Part shown: positions 19,427 to 28,176 of the stretch, in pieces
How the letters are laid out: every line of letters begins with the position of its first letter
How positions within the stretch are numbered: position 1 is the first letter of the stretch
IMG/VR virus record: IMGVR_UViG_3300042402_002564
Coordinates: 66,145 to 130,144 of that record
Length of the DNA: 64,000 bases
Source: a virus
Strand: one strand, 5' to 3'
Made by a program: the position numbers and the translations under genes
Notes under the pieces: generated by a model
Database searches by the model: none
Told to the model about the DNA's origin: nothing
Seen by the model: the letters and a program-made list of their open reading frames with translations, nothing else

Positions 19427-20223
19427 AAGTAAAAGTTGTATCCGATTTACATTTAGAATGTTGTGAATACGGTCACGGTGTTCCTGACCTTGGAGAGGGA
19501 GAAGTCTTAATTCTTGGTGGTGATATTCTCTGTGCTCGACACTTCAAAAAAGACGGAAACCTTCACAAGGTTTATACCGACTTCTTGAAGAAGTGTGCCG
19601 ACAACTTCATGCACGTTCTGTATATCGCAGGAAATCATGAAGCATATGGATACAACTATGAAGGAACTTGGAATGTTCTCAAAGAAAACCTTCCCAATGG
19701 TATTCATCTGATGGAAGATAGTGTAGTGAAGATTGCGGACTGGGTTTTTATTGGTTCGACTTTTTGGACTGATTTCCGCAATGGAAATGCCCTGGAAATG
19801 ATGGAAGCAGCACAGTGTATGAATGATTATAAGACCATTCGCATTACTCCAAAGTATCGCAAGATGAATCCTGATGATACTTATGCCTTTCATAACAAAT
19901 CAAAGCAATTTCTACTGGATCAGTTAGAACTTTTTAAAAATCAAAAAATTTGGGTTCTCACGCACCATGCACCATCTTATCAATCAGTTCATGAGCAGTA
20001 TAAAACAAGTGGTATTGCGAATGGTGCATATGTCAGCGATCTTGATGATTTTATTTTAGAACATCCAGAGATTAGAATTTGGTCTCATGGACATACACAT
20101 AACTCATTTGATTACAAAATTGGTGATTGTAGAGTTGTCTGTAATCCCAGAGGGTACTATAATGGATATAATAATTCTGGTTTGAATTTAGATTTTGATC
20201 CAAATTTTGAAATTGAGTTATGA
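19423..20223 (+). CDS. calcineurin-like metallophosphoesterase
   Basis: VVSDLHLE, GNHE and GHTHNSFD metal-binding motifs. Confidence 0.7.
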   Translation: MKVKVVSDLHLECCEYGHGVPDLGEGEVLILGGDILCARHFKKDGNLHKVYTDFLKKCADNFMHVLYIAGNHEAYGYNYEGTWNVLKENLPNGIHLMEDSVVKIADWVFIGSTFWTDFRNGNALEMMEAAQCMNDYKTIRITPKYRKMNPDDTYAFHNKSKQFLLDQLELFKNQKIWVLTHHAPSYQSVHEQYKTSGIANGAYVSDLDDFILEHPEIRIWSHGHTHNSFDYKIGDCRVVCNPRGYYNGYNNSGLNLDFDPNFEIEL

Positions 20224-20417
20224 ATTATAAAACTTTTGATGATTGGTTTGATGAACTGGAAGGTTATTCTTATCGTTCTGAAAGATTTTGGGATGATTTT
20301 GAATACGCAGCAAAAACTAAAGATTATCCCATGATCAAAAAATGGTTGAAGACTGCATGGGAAGTGGGATATGAGACATCCGAAAATAAATTTTATGGTG
20401 GAACAAAAAATGATTGA
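20220..20417 (+). CDS. hypothetical small protein
   Basis: ATGA-coupled; ends with ...ND-stop inside an ATGATTGA junction. Confidence 0.4.
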   Translation: MNYKTFDDWFDELEGYSYRSERFWDDFEYAAKTKDYPMIKKWLKTAWEVGYETSENKFYGGTKND

Positions 20418-20577
20418 TACTGCTAGATTTCCTTATCCAAATTTCCCATTTAGATTAGAATACGAAGAAAACAAAGTTAAAAGAGTTTGTCATTTTGAGT
20501 GTAAAGAACATCTCAATAAATATTTGGAACGTCATAAACTTAAAAAGAATAAAGTTACAATCGAAACTCGTAAATGA
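20410..20577 (+). CDS. hypothetical small protein
   Basis: start inside the 8-nt ATGATTGA overlap; the track's upstream extension overlaps the previous gene. Confidence 0.35.
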   Translation: MIDTARFPYPNFPFRLEYEENKVKRVCHFECKEHLNKYLERHKLKKNKVTIETRK

Positions 20578-21407
20578 AAATATTTAAAGTCCCTCACATA
20601 GAATTACATGTAACGCATACTTGCAATTTTAGTTGTGAAGGATGTTCTCATTATTCTAATCATGGACATTCTGGGTCTTTAACTTTAAAAGAATGTGATG
20701 AATGGTTGTATTCTTGGAGTAGAAGATTACAACCAGAACTATTCACTATACTTGGTGGTGAGCCAACTCTTAATAAAAATTTGATTGATATAATTTATCT
20801 GGTTCGGATGATGTGGCCAGATACTGCAACTGCTATTGATCTTGTATCAAATGCTAGTTTTTTACATACACATCCAAATTTACCGCAGGCATTATTGGAT
20901 ACTGACAGTACTTTAGCAATATCTATTCATAGTAAAGTACATGCTGGATATGTAAATAAATTTAAAAAAGGTTATAGATTGACAAAAGAATGGAGAAAGC
21001 AATACGGAATTAATTTAGAATTTTGGGATTTTACCACAGATACCTGGACTCCTCAATATAATGGATTTGGGAATAATATGCTTCCCTATGAAGATAATAA
21101 TCCAAGAAAGAGTTGGGAGAAGTGTCTATCTAAAAAAGCTCTACAAATACATGAGGGTAAATTGTGGAAATGTCCACCATTGGCATATTTACCAATGCAA
21201 GCAAAAAAATATAATCTTGACAAAAAATGGGATCCTTATTTAAAATATAAACCATTAGATTCGGATTGTTCTGATCAAGAACTTGAAGAATTTTTAAATA
21301 AAGAAGATGAATGTTTTTGTTCTATGTGCCCTGCAAATATGGATAATCCTTATAAAAAAAATGATCCAACTCTTCCAGTAAGTTATTGGGAGAAGTTAAA
21401 TTCATGA
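20574..21407 (+). CDS. radical SAM protein
   Basis: CNFSCEGC (CX3CX2C) at residues 17-24 and a GGEPTL glycine motif. Confidence 0.65.
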   Translation: MKIFKVPHIELHVTHTCNFSCEGCSHYSNHGHSGSLTLKECDEWLYSWSRRLQPELFTILGGEPTLNKNLIDIIYLVRMMWPDTATAIDLVSNASFLHTHPNLPQALLDTDSTLAISIHSKVHAGYVNKFKKGYRLTKEWRKQYGINLEFWDFTTDTWTPQYNGFGNNMLPYEDNNPRKSWEKCLSKKALQIHEGKLWKCPPLAYLPMQAKKYNLDKKWDPYLKYKPLDSDCSDQELEEFLNKEDECFCSMCPANMDNPYKKNDPTLPVSYWEKLNS

Positions 21408-22828
21408 TTACCTGGGGAATATCATCAGAGAGTCATAATGCTGCACTTTCTGTATTTGTTAATGATAGTCTAGTCTTCGCAAGCGAAAGTGAAAGATTCA
21501 GTGGTATAAAAAATGATGCTTATTTAAATAATGGCATTATTGACTATGCACTAAAGTTTGGAAAACCAGAATTGGTATGCTGGTATGAGAATCCATATAA
21601 GAAAACGTTTAGACAACTTCTTGCAGGTCAAGGATGGATTCAGAACGTCAAAAAGTATGTTGATGTTCCAATCAAGTATTATGACCATCACTATACTCAT
21701 GCTTGTGCTGGTTACTTTACCAGTCAGTTTGACGAGTGTTGTGTGGTGGTTATTGATGCTATAGGAGAATTCCAAACACTTACTATCTGGGAAGCAAGAG
21801 GTAATAAATTAAAACTTAAATTTCAACGTAAATATCCACACAGCGTTGGACTTTGGTATTCTGCAATGACACAAAGGTGTGGATTAAAACCAAATGAAGA
21901 AGAGTATATCCTCATGGGCATGTCTGCTTATGGGGATAAAACACGTTATGAAGATGATATCTATAAAGATTTCATAGGATTTAGAACAGCAACCTTTAAA
22001 AAGAATTTACATAAAGGATGTGTTGATTGGAGACCAGATATTAAAAACACTTTTGATATCGCTGCTGCAACTCAAAACATTTATGAAACAATTTTTAGAG
22101 ATATTATGCAAGTAGCATCCAATAAAGTAAAAAGTAAAAATTTAGTTCTAATGGGTGGATGTGCGTTAAATTGTGTTGCAAATCCAATTGCATATTATTA
22201 TTTTGACAATTTATGGATTATGCCTGCACCTGGAGATAATGGGTCTGCCATTGGTTCTGTGCTTGCACATAAAAAGAAACATATTGATTGGCATGGACCT
22301 TATCTTGGATATTATATTAAATCAGTTGCATCAAACGAAGAAATTGTTAACCACTTAATGGATTATGGTCTTTGTGGAGTTGCAAGAGGTTGTGCAGAGT
22401 TTGGTCCTAGGGCACTGGGGAATCGTAGTTTATTTGCAGACCCTAGAGATCCACAAATTAAATCAATGGTCAACAATATTAAACAAAGACAACAGTTTAG
22501 GCCATTTGCACCAGTAATTATGGAAGAATATGTACACGATTACTTTAGAATGCCTACAAATTCTTCACCATACATGCAATATGCTGTAAAATGTAGATAT
22601 TCTAAAAAGTTTCCAGCAATTGTTCACATAGATAAAACAAGTAGAGTTCAAACTGTTAATAGACAACAAAATACAGAACTTTATGATCTTTTAAAGATGT
22701 GGAATGAAAAAACAGGTTGTCCTATGTTATTGAATACTAGTTTGAATATTAAAGGGAAACCGATGGTAAATGATGAAAAAGATTGTAAAGAATGGGAAGA
22801 AACTTATGGGGTTAAAATATTCTCATGA
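21404..22828 (+). CDS. carbamoyltransferase (NodU/CmcH/TobZ family)
   Basis: N-terminal ITWGISSESHNAALSVFVNDSLVFASESERFSGIKND matches the ILGIS...HDSAAAL...AAQEERFTRKKHD signature; ~475 aa; ATGA overlap with the rSAM stop. Confidence 0.7.
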   Translation: MITWGISSESHNAALSVFVNDSLVFASESERFSGIKNDAYLNNGIIDYALKFGKPELVCWYENPYKKTFRQLLAGQGWIQNVKKYVDVPIKYYDHHYTHACAGYFTSQFDECCVVVIDAIGEFQTLTIWEARGNKLKLKFQRKYPHSVGLWYSAMTQRCGLKPNEEEYILMGMSAYGDKTRYEDDIYKDFIGFRTATFKKNLHKGCVDWRPDIKNTFDIAAATQNIYETIFRDIMQVASNKVKSKNLVLMGGCALNCVANPIAYYYFDNLWIMPAPGDNGSAIGSVLAHKKKHIDWHGPYLGYYIKSVASNEEIVNHLMDYGLCGVARGCAEFGPRALGNRSLFADPRDPQIKSMVNNIKQRQQFRPFAPVIMEEYVHDYFRMPTNSSPYMQYAVKCRYSKKFPAIVHIDKTSRVQTVNRQQNTELYDLLKMWNEKTGCPMLLNTSLNIKGKPMVNDEKDCKEWEETYGVKIFS

Positions 22829-23562
22829 ATATTATAGATAATTTAAACAATAAAAACTTTTTTCCTATTGATAAACCAAATAACAAATTTTGGTATGACC
22901 AAGATACAAAAGAACGATATATTCATAATTTAAAAGTTCAACCAGAAGAATGGCATTATAGAGATAAAATAGTTTATTATTTGACAAATTCTTTTGGATA
23001 TAGAACTAAGCCATTTAAAGATATTGATTGGAGAAAATGTATTGTTTTATTTGGGTGTTCTTACATTTACGGTGTTGGTAGTGCAGAAGATGAAACTGTA
23101 ACTGGATATTTGGAACAAATAACTGGAATTCCTGTAATTAATATGGGAGCACCTGGATCTTCACCAACCTTTTCTTTACATAATTCTGGAATTTTGAGTG
23201 CAAAATATCCAAATCCAAAAGCAGTTGTTTATGGTTGGTCTTCTCAATATAGATGTCCTTTTTATACTAAAAATGAAGTTATTCATTGTGGTAATTGGTT
23301 AAAAGATTCTAAAAAAATGGGAGAATCGTGGAATAGTAATGAAGAACATCCTGCAGTAAATTTAAAATTATCATCTATTATTTCTAAAGAAATGTGGAAT
23401 AATAGAACAAAATATTATGAATTTACATTCTTTAAGACAGTTTCGGACGTTTTAAATTGTGATTATATAAAACAAGTTGATTATGCAAGAGATTTGGGAC
23501 ATTCTGGAAAAGAAACTAATAAAATTGCTGCTGAAACTATTGCTAAAAATTTGAACTTGTGA
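22825..23562 (+). CDS. hypothetical protein, possibly SGNH/GDSL-like hydrolase; paralog of 24018..24824
   Basis: shared block FGCSYIYGVG...ITGIPVINMGAPGSS with its paralog; GCS in the position of GDS. Confidence 0.4.
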   Translation: MNIIDNLNNKNFFPIDKPNNKFWYDQDTKERYIHNLKVQPEEWHYRDKIVYYLTNSFGYRTKPFKDIDWRKCIVLFGCSYIYGVGSAEDETVTGYLEQITGIPVINMGAPGSSPTFSLHNSGILSAKYPNPKAVVYGWSSQYRCPFYTKNEVIHCGNWLKDSKKMGESWNSNEEHPAVNLKLSSIISKEMWNNRTKYYEFTFFKTVSDVLNCDYIKQVDYARDLGHSGKETNKIAAETIAKNLNL

Positions 23563-23617
23563 TAAAATTTAATTTTTAAAACAAACACTATGGCAACAAG
23601 AACTTATACTCAAAAAG

Positions 23618-23908
23618 ATGGGACTATTTGGGAATGGAAAGAAACTTCCGAACTTCTCAGCATTCTTGCCCAAATCCATAGCCAAAAAAATAATGAGCAA
23701 CAAAAATCTAATTGACGAATCATTTTATATCAAACAATCCCAATGGGGAACATGGAGGTCATTTGATGTAAACGGGAAAGAATTAATCACTGCATTAAAT
23801 GAAGAGAATTGTATAAGTGCCACAAGATTTTACTTAAAAGGTGTGCAGGAAGGGTGGAGTAATGTTGATTCTGTTAAATATGAAGGCACTGTGGGTGGCA
23901 AATTATAA
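23618..23908 (+). CDS. hypothetical protein
   Basis: ORF between the paralogs; an alternative 40-aa frame starts at 23590. Confidence 0.3.
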   Translation: MGLFGNGKKLPNFSAFLPKSIAKKIMSNKNLIDESFYIKQSQWGTWRSFDVNGKELITALNEENCISATRFYLKGVQEGWSNVDSVKYEGTVGGKL

Positions 23909-24017
23909 TGAGTAATTTAATTCAAAAGATTATTATACATATTAGTGAATATATTGAAAAAATAAAACTAAAAAGATTAGAGAAAAAAATTAAAAAAGAA
24001 GATAACTTCATATATAA

Positions 24018-24824
24018 ATGATAAACCGATTTAACTTAAAATTTAATAATAGAAATATTATTAAATCAATTAGAAATAATCAATTTTTACCCCTTGCAAA
24101 TCATACAGTTTATAATGAAAATGGATATATACCTGCTAATAGGTTAACTCTAAAGGGAACTTGGGATTATTCTGGAACAGATAACCAAGAAAAATATTAT
24201 GAACATTTACAAACACAACCTGAAGATTGGTATTATCGTCATAATAAAGTAAAATATACTTTAAATTCTGAAGGATATAGAACTAAGGAATTTGATGAAT
24301 TAGATTGGAAAAATTCTATCGTTATGTTTGGGTGCTCGTATGTATTTGGAACTGGAGTTGATGATAAACATACTATTTCTTCTTTTTTAGAGGAGATAAC
24401 TGGTATTCCCGTTATTAACATGGGTGTAGGTGGGTCATCTATTCAATTGGCACTGCATAATTCCATGATTTTAAATGATCGTTATGGACCACCTGCAGCT
24501 GTTGTATATGGATGGACTTCATTAATGAGGTATCTTGTATATCACCCACTTTATTTTGATAATAAAATACCTACAGACAGCGTAAAAGTAAAACCTGCTG
24601 AGCATCTGGTTCCTTTTAACATGATGAATGTTAAAATAGTTCGTAATCTTTGGAAGGATAAATGTAAATATTATGAATTTAGTCTTTTTGATACGACAGC
24701 AAAAATTTTAAATTGCGACTTTTATCAACCAAAAGACGATTATGCAAGAGACTTAAGGCATTGTGGTATAGAATCAAATAAAGAATTTGCAGAACTTATA
24801 AATGTAAATTTATCACTATTATGA
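24018..24824 (+). CDS. hypothetical protein, paralog of 22825..23562
   Basis: FGCSYVFGTG...ITGIPVINMGVGGSS; same order of conserved blocks (EGYRTK, DW..IV.FGCSY, AVVYGW). Confidence 0.4.
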   Translation: MINRFNLKFNNRNIIKSIRNNQFLPLANHTVYNENGYIPANRLTLKGTWDYSGTDNQEKYYEHLQTQPEDWYYRHNKVKYTLNSEGYRTKEFDELDWKNSIVMFGCSYVFGTGVDDKHTISSFLEEITGIPVINMGVGGSSIQLALHNSMILNDRYGPPAAVVYGWTSLMRYLVYHPLYFDNKIPTDSVKVKPAEHLVPFNMMNVKIVRNLWKDKCKYYEFSLFDTTAKILNCDFYQPKDDYARDLRHCGIESNKEFAELINVNLSLL

Positions 24825-24963
24825 ACTATCACATATTAGACCCAACAACTCCCTGGTATGAATTTTTATCTTATCAAGAATGTTGTCTTAGTTTGGGAGT
24901 TCCTTGTAGAATGGGAAGTTTTTTAAGATATCATGCATATTTAAAAGAGATAGGGATAAAATA

Positions 24964-25236
24964 ATGATTAAAAATATATTCAATAAATTTTTTGATCGTT
25001 TTTTAAAAGATTATGACTTAAAAACTTATAATATAAATTTGGTAGATAGGAAGAATGAAAGAATTTCTCTCGCAGATGAAATTGCAAACCTTCATTCTAG
25101 AATAAGATATCTTGAAAGAGAAAATGTTTGTATGTCAAATGCAATGTATGAGATGGAGAACAGACTACAAGCACAAATTGACAAAATTAATCCTACAGTG
25201 TTAGATTTAAAGAACTTTAGTTTGGGAGACACTTAA
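24964..25236 (+). CDS. hypothetical small protein
   Basis: ORF; coiled-coil-like. Confidence 0.35.
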   Translation: MIKNIFNKFFDRFLKDYDLKTYNINLVDRKNERISLADEIANLHSRIRYLERENVCMSNAMYEMENRLQAQIDKINPTVLDLKNFSLGDT

Positions 25237-25427
25237 TGTACGAGTCTTTAACAGAATTCGAAAGAGCACTTGCTCGTTTTGGAGATAAAGTTCAACTGAT
25301 AGTTGGACTTGAAATTGGAGATAAAATGAGTCCTGAAATTGCATATCAGGAAATCAAAGAGATGTTGAAAGAACTTAAAAAACTTCGTAAAAAAGAAAAA
25401 TCTAATTGGGAAGAAGATGACAAATAA
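25236..25427 (+). CDS. hypothetical small protein
   Basis: start overlaps the previous stop. Confidence 0.35.
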   Translation: MYESLTEFERALARFGDKVQLIVGLEIGDKMSPEIAYQEIKEMLKELKKLRKKEKSNWEEDDK

Positions 25428-25599
25428 AAAAGATAGTTTAAGAGTAACTGAAGAAAAAGATGGTAGTTTTACCGTTGAATGGGACTCAGATGACCCAGCA
25501 TACTCTTGGTTAAGTACAAAAACAGAAGAGGAATTGACAGAAATTTTAACAGAGCAGATTGAAAATTATTTAAATCAACTTAAAAATAATGAGCGATAA
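25417..25599 (+). CDS. hypothetical small protein
   Basis: overlap-coupled ORF. Confidence 0.35.
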   Translation: MTNKKDSLRVTEEKDGSFTVEWDSDDPAYSWLSTKTEEELTEILTEQIENYLNQLKNNER

Positions 25600-25843
25600 A
25601 GTAATCAAATGGTCTTTACCTGTACAATATGATCCAGAATCTGGTGATTATTTTATCTCTTTTCCAGAAGATCTTTTACATGCTGCAAATTTAAAAGAAG
25701 GTGACCAAGTATTTTGGGTTGATAATGGCGACAAGACTTTTACAATAAAAAAAGTAAAAGAAGATGCACCAAAAACTTATCAGGATATGATTGCTGATGG
25801 GTGGGAAATGACTGTAGATGGATTCTGGATAAAGGAGAATTAA
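25589..25843 (+). CDS. hypothetical small protein
   Basis: overlap-coupled ORF. Confidence 0.35.
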   Translation: MSDKVIKWSLPVQYDPESGDYFISFPEDLLHAANLKEGDQVFWVDNGDKTFTIKKVKEDAPKTYQDMIADGWEMTVDGFWIKEN

Positions 25844-25888
25844 AATTACAATAAATAAGTAAATAAAAGAAAATAATATCGTTATAAA

Positions 25889-26449
25889 ATGGCAGTATTA
25901 ACCGCAACTGGTATTCTATTTAATGATAGTACGTCATTAAATTCAAGATATGATGTTATAGCACAATCATCAGTAGCAATTTTTTATCAAGCTTCGGCAC
26001 CTACTGGGTGGACTAAAGTAACAACACATAATGATAAGGCACTTAGAGTTGTTAGTGGGACTGGTGGCGGATTTGGATATGGTGGAGTATCTGGTGCAGG
26101 AGGAATAACATTTACTTCTGCATTCCCTTCTAATTTAAAAAATCTCAGTATTCCAATTAGTGTTAGTGCTGGAATTGCTGGAACAGTTGGTAATACAACT
26201 CTTTCTGTTTCGCAAATTCCAAATCATACTCACGATAGCTTAACTGGTGGCACTAGTTCTGCAGCATCTGGTGGTGCTTCATTTAGAACTCCAGGAACTA
26301 ATGCTACTGGTGGAGTAGTAAGTCCTACAGGAACAGGAGGAGCACACAACCACCCCTTTACGGGAAGTGTTGGGATTACTTCAACTGCAACTGGATCTTT
26401 GGATTTAAGAGTCCAATATATAGATGTAATTATCTGCAGCTTCGATTAA
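25889..26449 (+). CDS. tail-collar-domain fibre-like protein
   Basis: C-terminal IPNHTHD...GGAHNHPF...VQYIDVII matches the phage tail collar / MdpB-type motif (mPaHsH...ahnn...ylvlnyiI). Confidence 0.5.
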   Translation: MAVLTATGILFNDSTSLNSRYDVIAQSSVAIFYQASAPTGWTKVTTHNDKALRVVSGTGGGFGYGGVSGAGGITFTSAFPSNLKNLSIPISVSAGIAGTVGNTTLSVSQIPNHTHDSLTGGTSSAASGGASFRTPGTNATGGVVSPTGTGGAHNHPFTGSVGITSTATGSLDLRVQYIDVIICSFD

Positions 26450-26450
26450 T

Positions 26451-27008
26451 ATGGCATCTTTAACTAGTGGCGGGATAAGATTTAGTTTAACTGATTTCAC
26501 CAATATAATTGAATCTTTTTATTGGATGTATCCTGCGGGGACTAAAAAGGTATTTTATCAAGCAGAAGCACCAACTGGTTGGGTAAAAGATACAACTCAA
26601 AATAATAAAATGTTAAGAGTTGTTAGTGGAAGTGGTGGAGTTTCTGGTGGAACAATTTCAGCATCTAATGCCTTTATATCTACAGGAACTGAAGTATCTT
26701 TCCCATTTGCTGGTTCTTATCCCGCAAGTGGTACTGTTGGTAATACTACTCTTTCATTAGGACAACTTCCAAATCACACTCATGAAGGAACTATGGGTTC
26801 AAATGGAGGTTCTTCTGCAACTCCATTCAGTAATGCTGGTTCTAGAACTGTTTTTGGTAGTGTTGCGACTAGTGGTATGCTAGAATCTACTGGTGGAGGT
26901 TCTCATACACATCCTTGGTCTGGTACACTAAACTTAAATGCTAATATTACTAGCACTACAGATCTTAGTGTGCAATATGTTGATGTGATTATTTGCACAT
27001 TATCATAA
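26451..27008 (+). CDS. tail-collar-domain fibre-like protein (tandem paralog)
   Basis: LPNHTHEG...GGSHTHPW...VQYVDVII; starts 2 nt after the paralog. Confidence 0.5.
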   Translation: MASLTSGGIRFSLTDFTNIIESFYWMYPAGTKKVFYQAEAPTGWVKDTTQNNKMLRVVSGSGGVSGGTISASNAFISTGTEVSFPFAGSYPASGTVGNTTLSLGQLPNHTHEGTMGSNGGSSATPFSNAGSRTVFGSVATSGMLESTGGGSHTHPWSGTLNLNANITSTTDLSVQYVDVIICTLS

Positions 27009-27046
27009 ATATGTTATACTAATTATTAAAATCCCGTGTATTAATT

Positions 27047-27388
27047 ATGAAAATTGAGAATGGAAAATATTGTCCTCTTCTTAAAAAAGATTGTATTGGA
27101 TTGAAATGTTCTTGGTATACTCAAGTTAGAGGCGTAAATCCTAATACAGGGCAAGAAGTTGATGAATGGTCGTGTGCTATTACTTGGCTTCCTATGATGT
27201 TAATTGAAAATTCTCAGCAACAAAGGTCTACAGGTGCTGCTGTTGAATCATTTAGAAATGAAATGGTTAAAGCAAATCAAACCAACATTAATGTTTTATC
27301 TGCTGCAGCACAAATGCTTCAAGCAACTATGGATGAAAACACAAATAAAATTCTACCAACAGATGTAAAAGAGGTAACAGATCAATGA
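27047..27388 (+). CDS. hypothetical protein
   Basis: 113-aa ORF. Confidence 0.4.
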   Translation: MKIENGKYCPLLKKDCIGLKCSWYTQVRGVNPNTGQEVDEWSCAITWLPMMLIENSQQQRSTGAAVESFRNEMVKANQTNINVLSAAAQMLQATMDENTNKILPTDVKEVTDQ

Positions 27389-28161
27389 GAGTAACTGTTA
27401 TTTACCCTGACAAATTTATCAGTGTTGATGGCAAAGGAATGTATTTTGCTGAAAACTGGCCTTTTGAGGAAACTGATATTCACGCAATTCAGTGGAATGG
27501 AGATAAGGGGGAATTAGAATATACTACACCAATTCCAAATAAAGAAATTACAAATAAATCAGAAATTAAAAAATATGTAGATTTGTTCACTGAAGGATAT
27601 CAGAAGTGGATGAAGGAACAAGAGATTCTTGCAGAAATTGAAAAAGAAAAATTGATGACATGGGAAGATGCCATGAAGGAACTTGAACTTCAATTAGATG
27701 TGATGCAAAAGAATCATGAATTTGAATTGGAACAAATGCTAAAGGAACAAGATAAGCATTTGGAAGGAGTTAAAGAAGAATTCGAACTACAAGTAGAACA
27801 AATCTATAATAAAGTTCAAGAGAATCAACTTAATCTTTATTATGCAGAAAATGCAATTGAGGATGAATCTAAAGAAAAAAGTTATGACAGCATGACTATT
27901 TTTGATAGTAATATTGATCCATCTCTATTTGATGATAGCTTCGACCCAACAGAGGATGATAGTGAAGAAGATGGTGAAGAAACTGAAATTGAAGAGTCTT
28001 CAGATATTCAAGACTTTAAAAACTTTGATTTAAGTCTTCTGGAAGATGAATTTAACTTAGAAATGCTTTTTGAAGACGAAGACACCCCAATTGTAAATGA
28101 AATTGAAGAACTTATTGAACAAGAACAACAAGTAGACGCTGCAGAAATTCCAGACAATTAA
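27385..28161 (+). CDS. hypothetical protein with highly acidic C-terminus
   Basis: ATGA overlap; D/E-rich tail. Confidence 0.45.
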   Translation: MRVTVIYPDKFISVDGKGMYFAENWPFEETDIHAIQWNGDKGELEYTTPIPNKEITNKSEIKKYVDLFTEGYQKWMKEQEILAEIEKEKLMTWEDAMKELELQLDVMQKNHEFELEQMLKEQDKHLEGVKEEFELQVEQIYNKVQENQLNLYYAENAIEDESKEKSYDSMTIFDSNIDPSLFDDSFDPTEDDSEEDGEETEIEESSDIQDFKNFDLSLLEDEFNLEMLFEDEDTPIVNEIEELIEQEQQVDAAEIPDN

Positions 28162-28176
28162 TAAACTACTTTTATT

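Noticed and set aside
20574-21407. Calling the radical-SAM protein a viperin-like or QueE enzyme
   Set aside because: CX3CX2C and GGEP motifs are generic to the superfamily; no family-specific motif could be verified by eye
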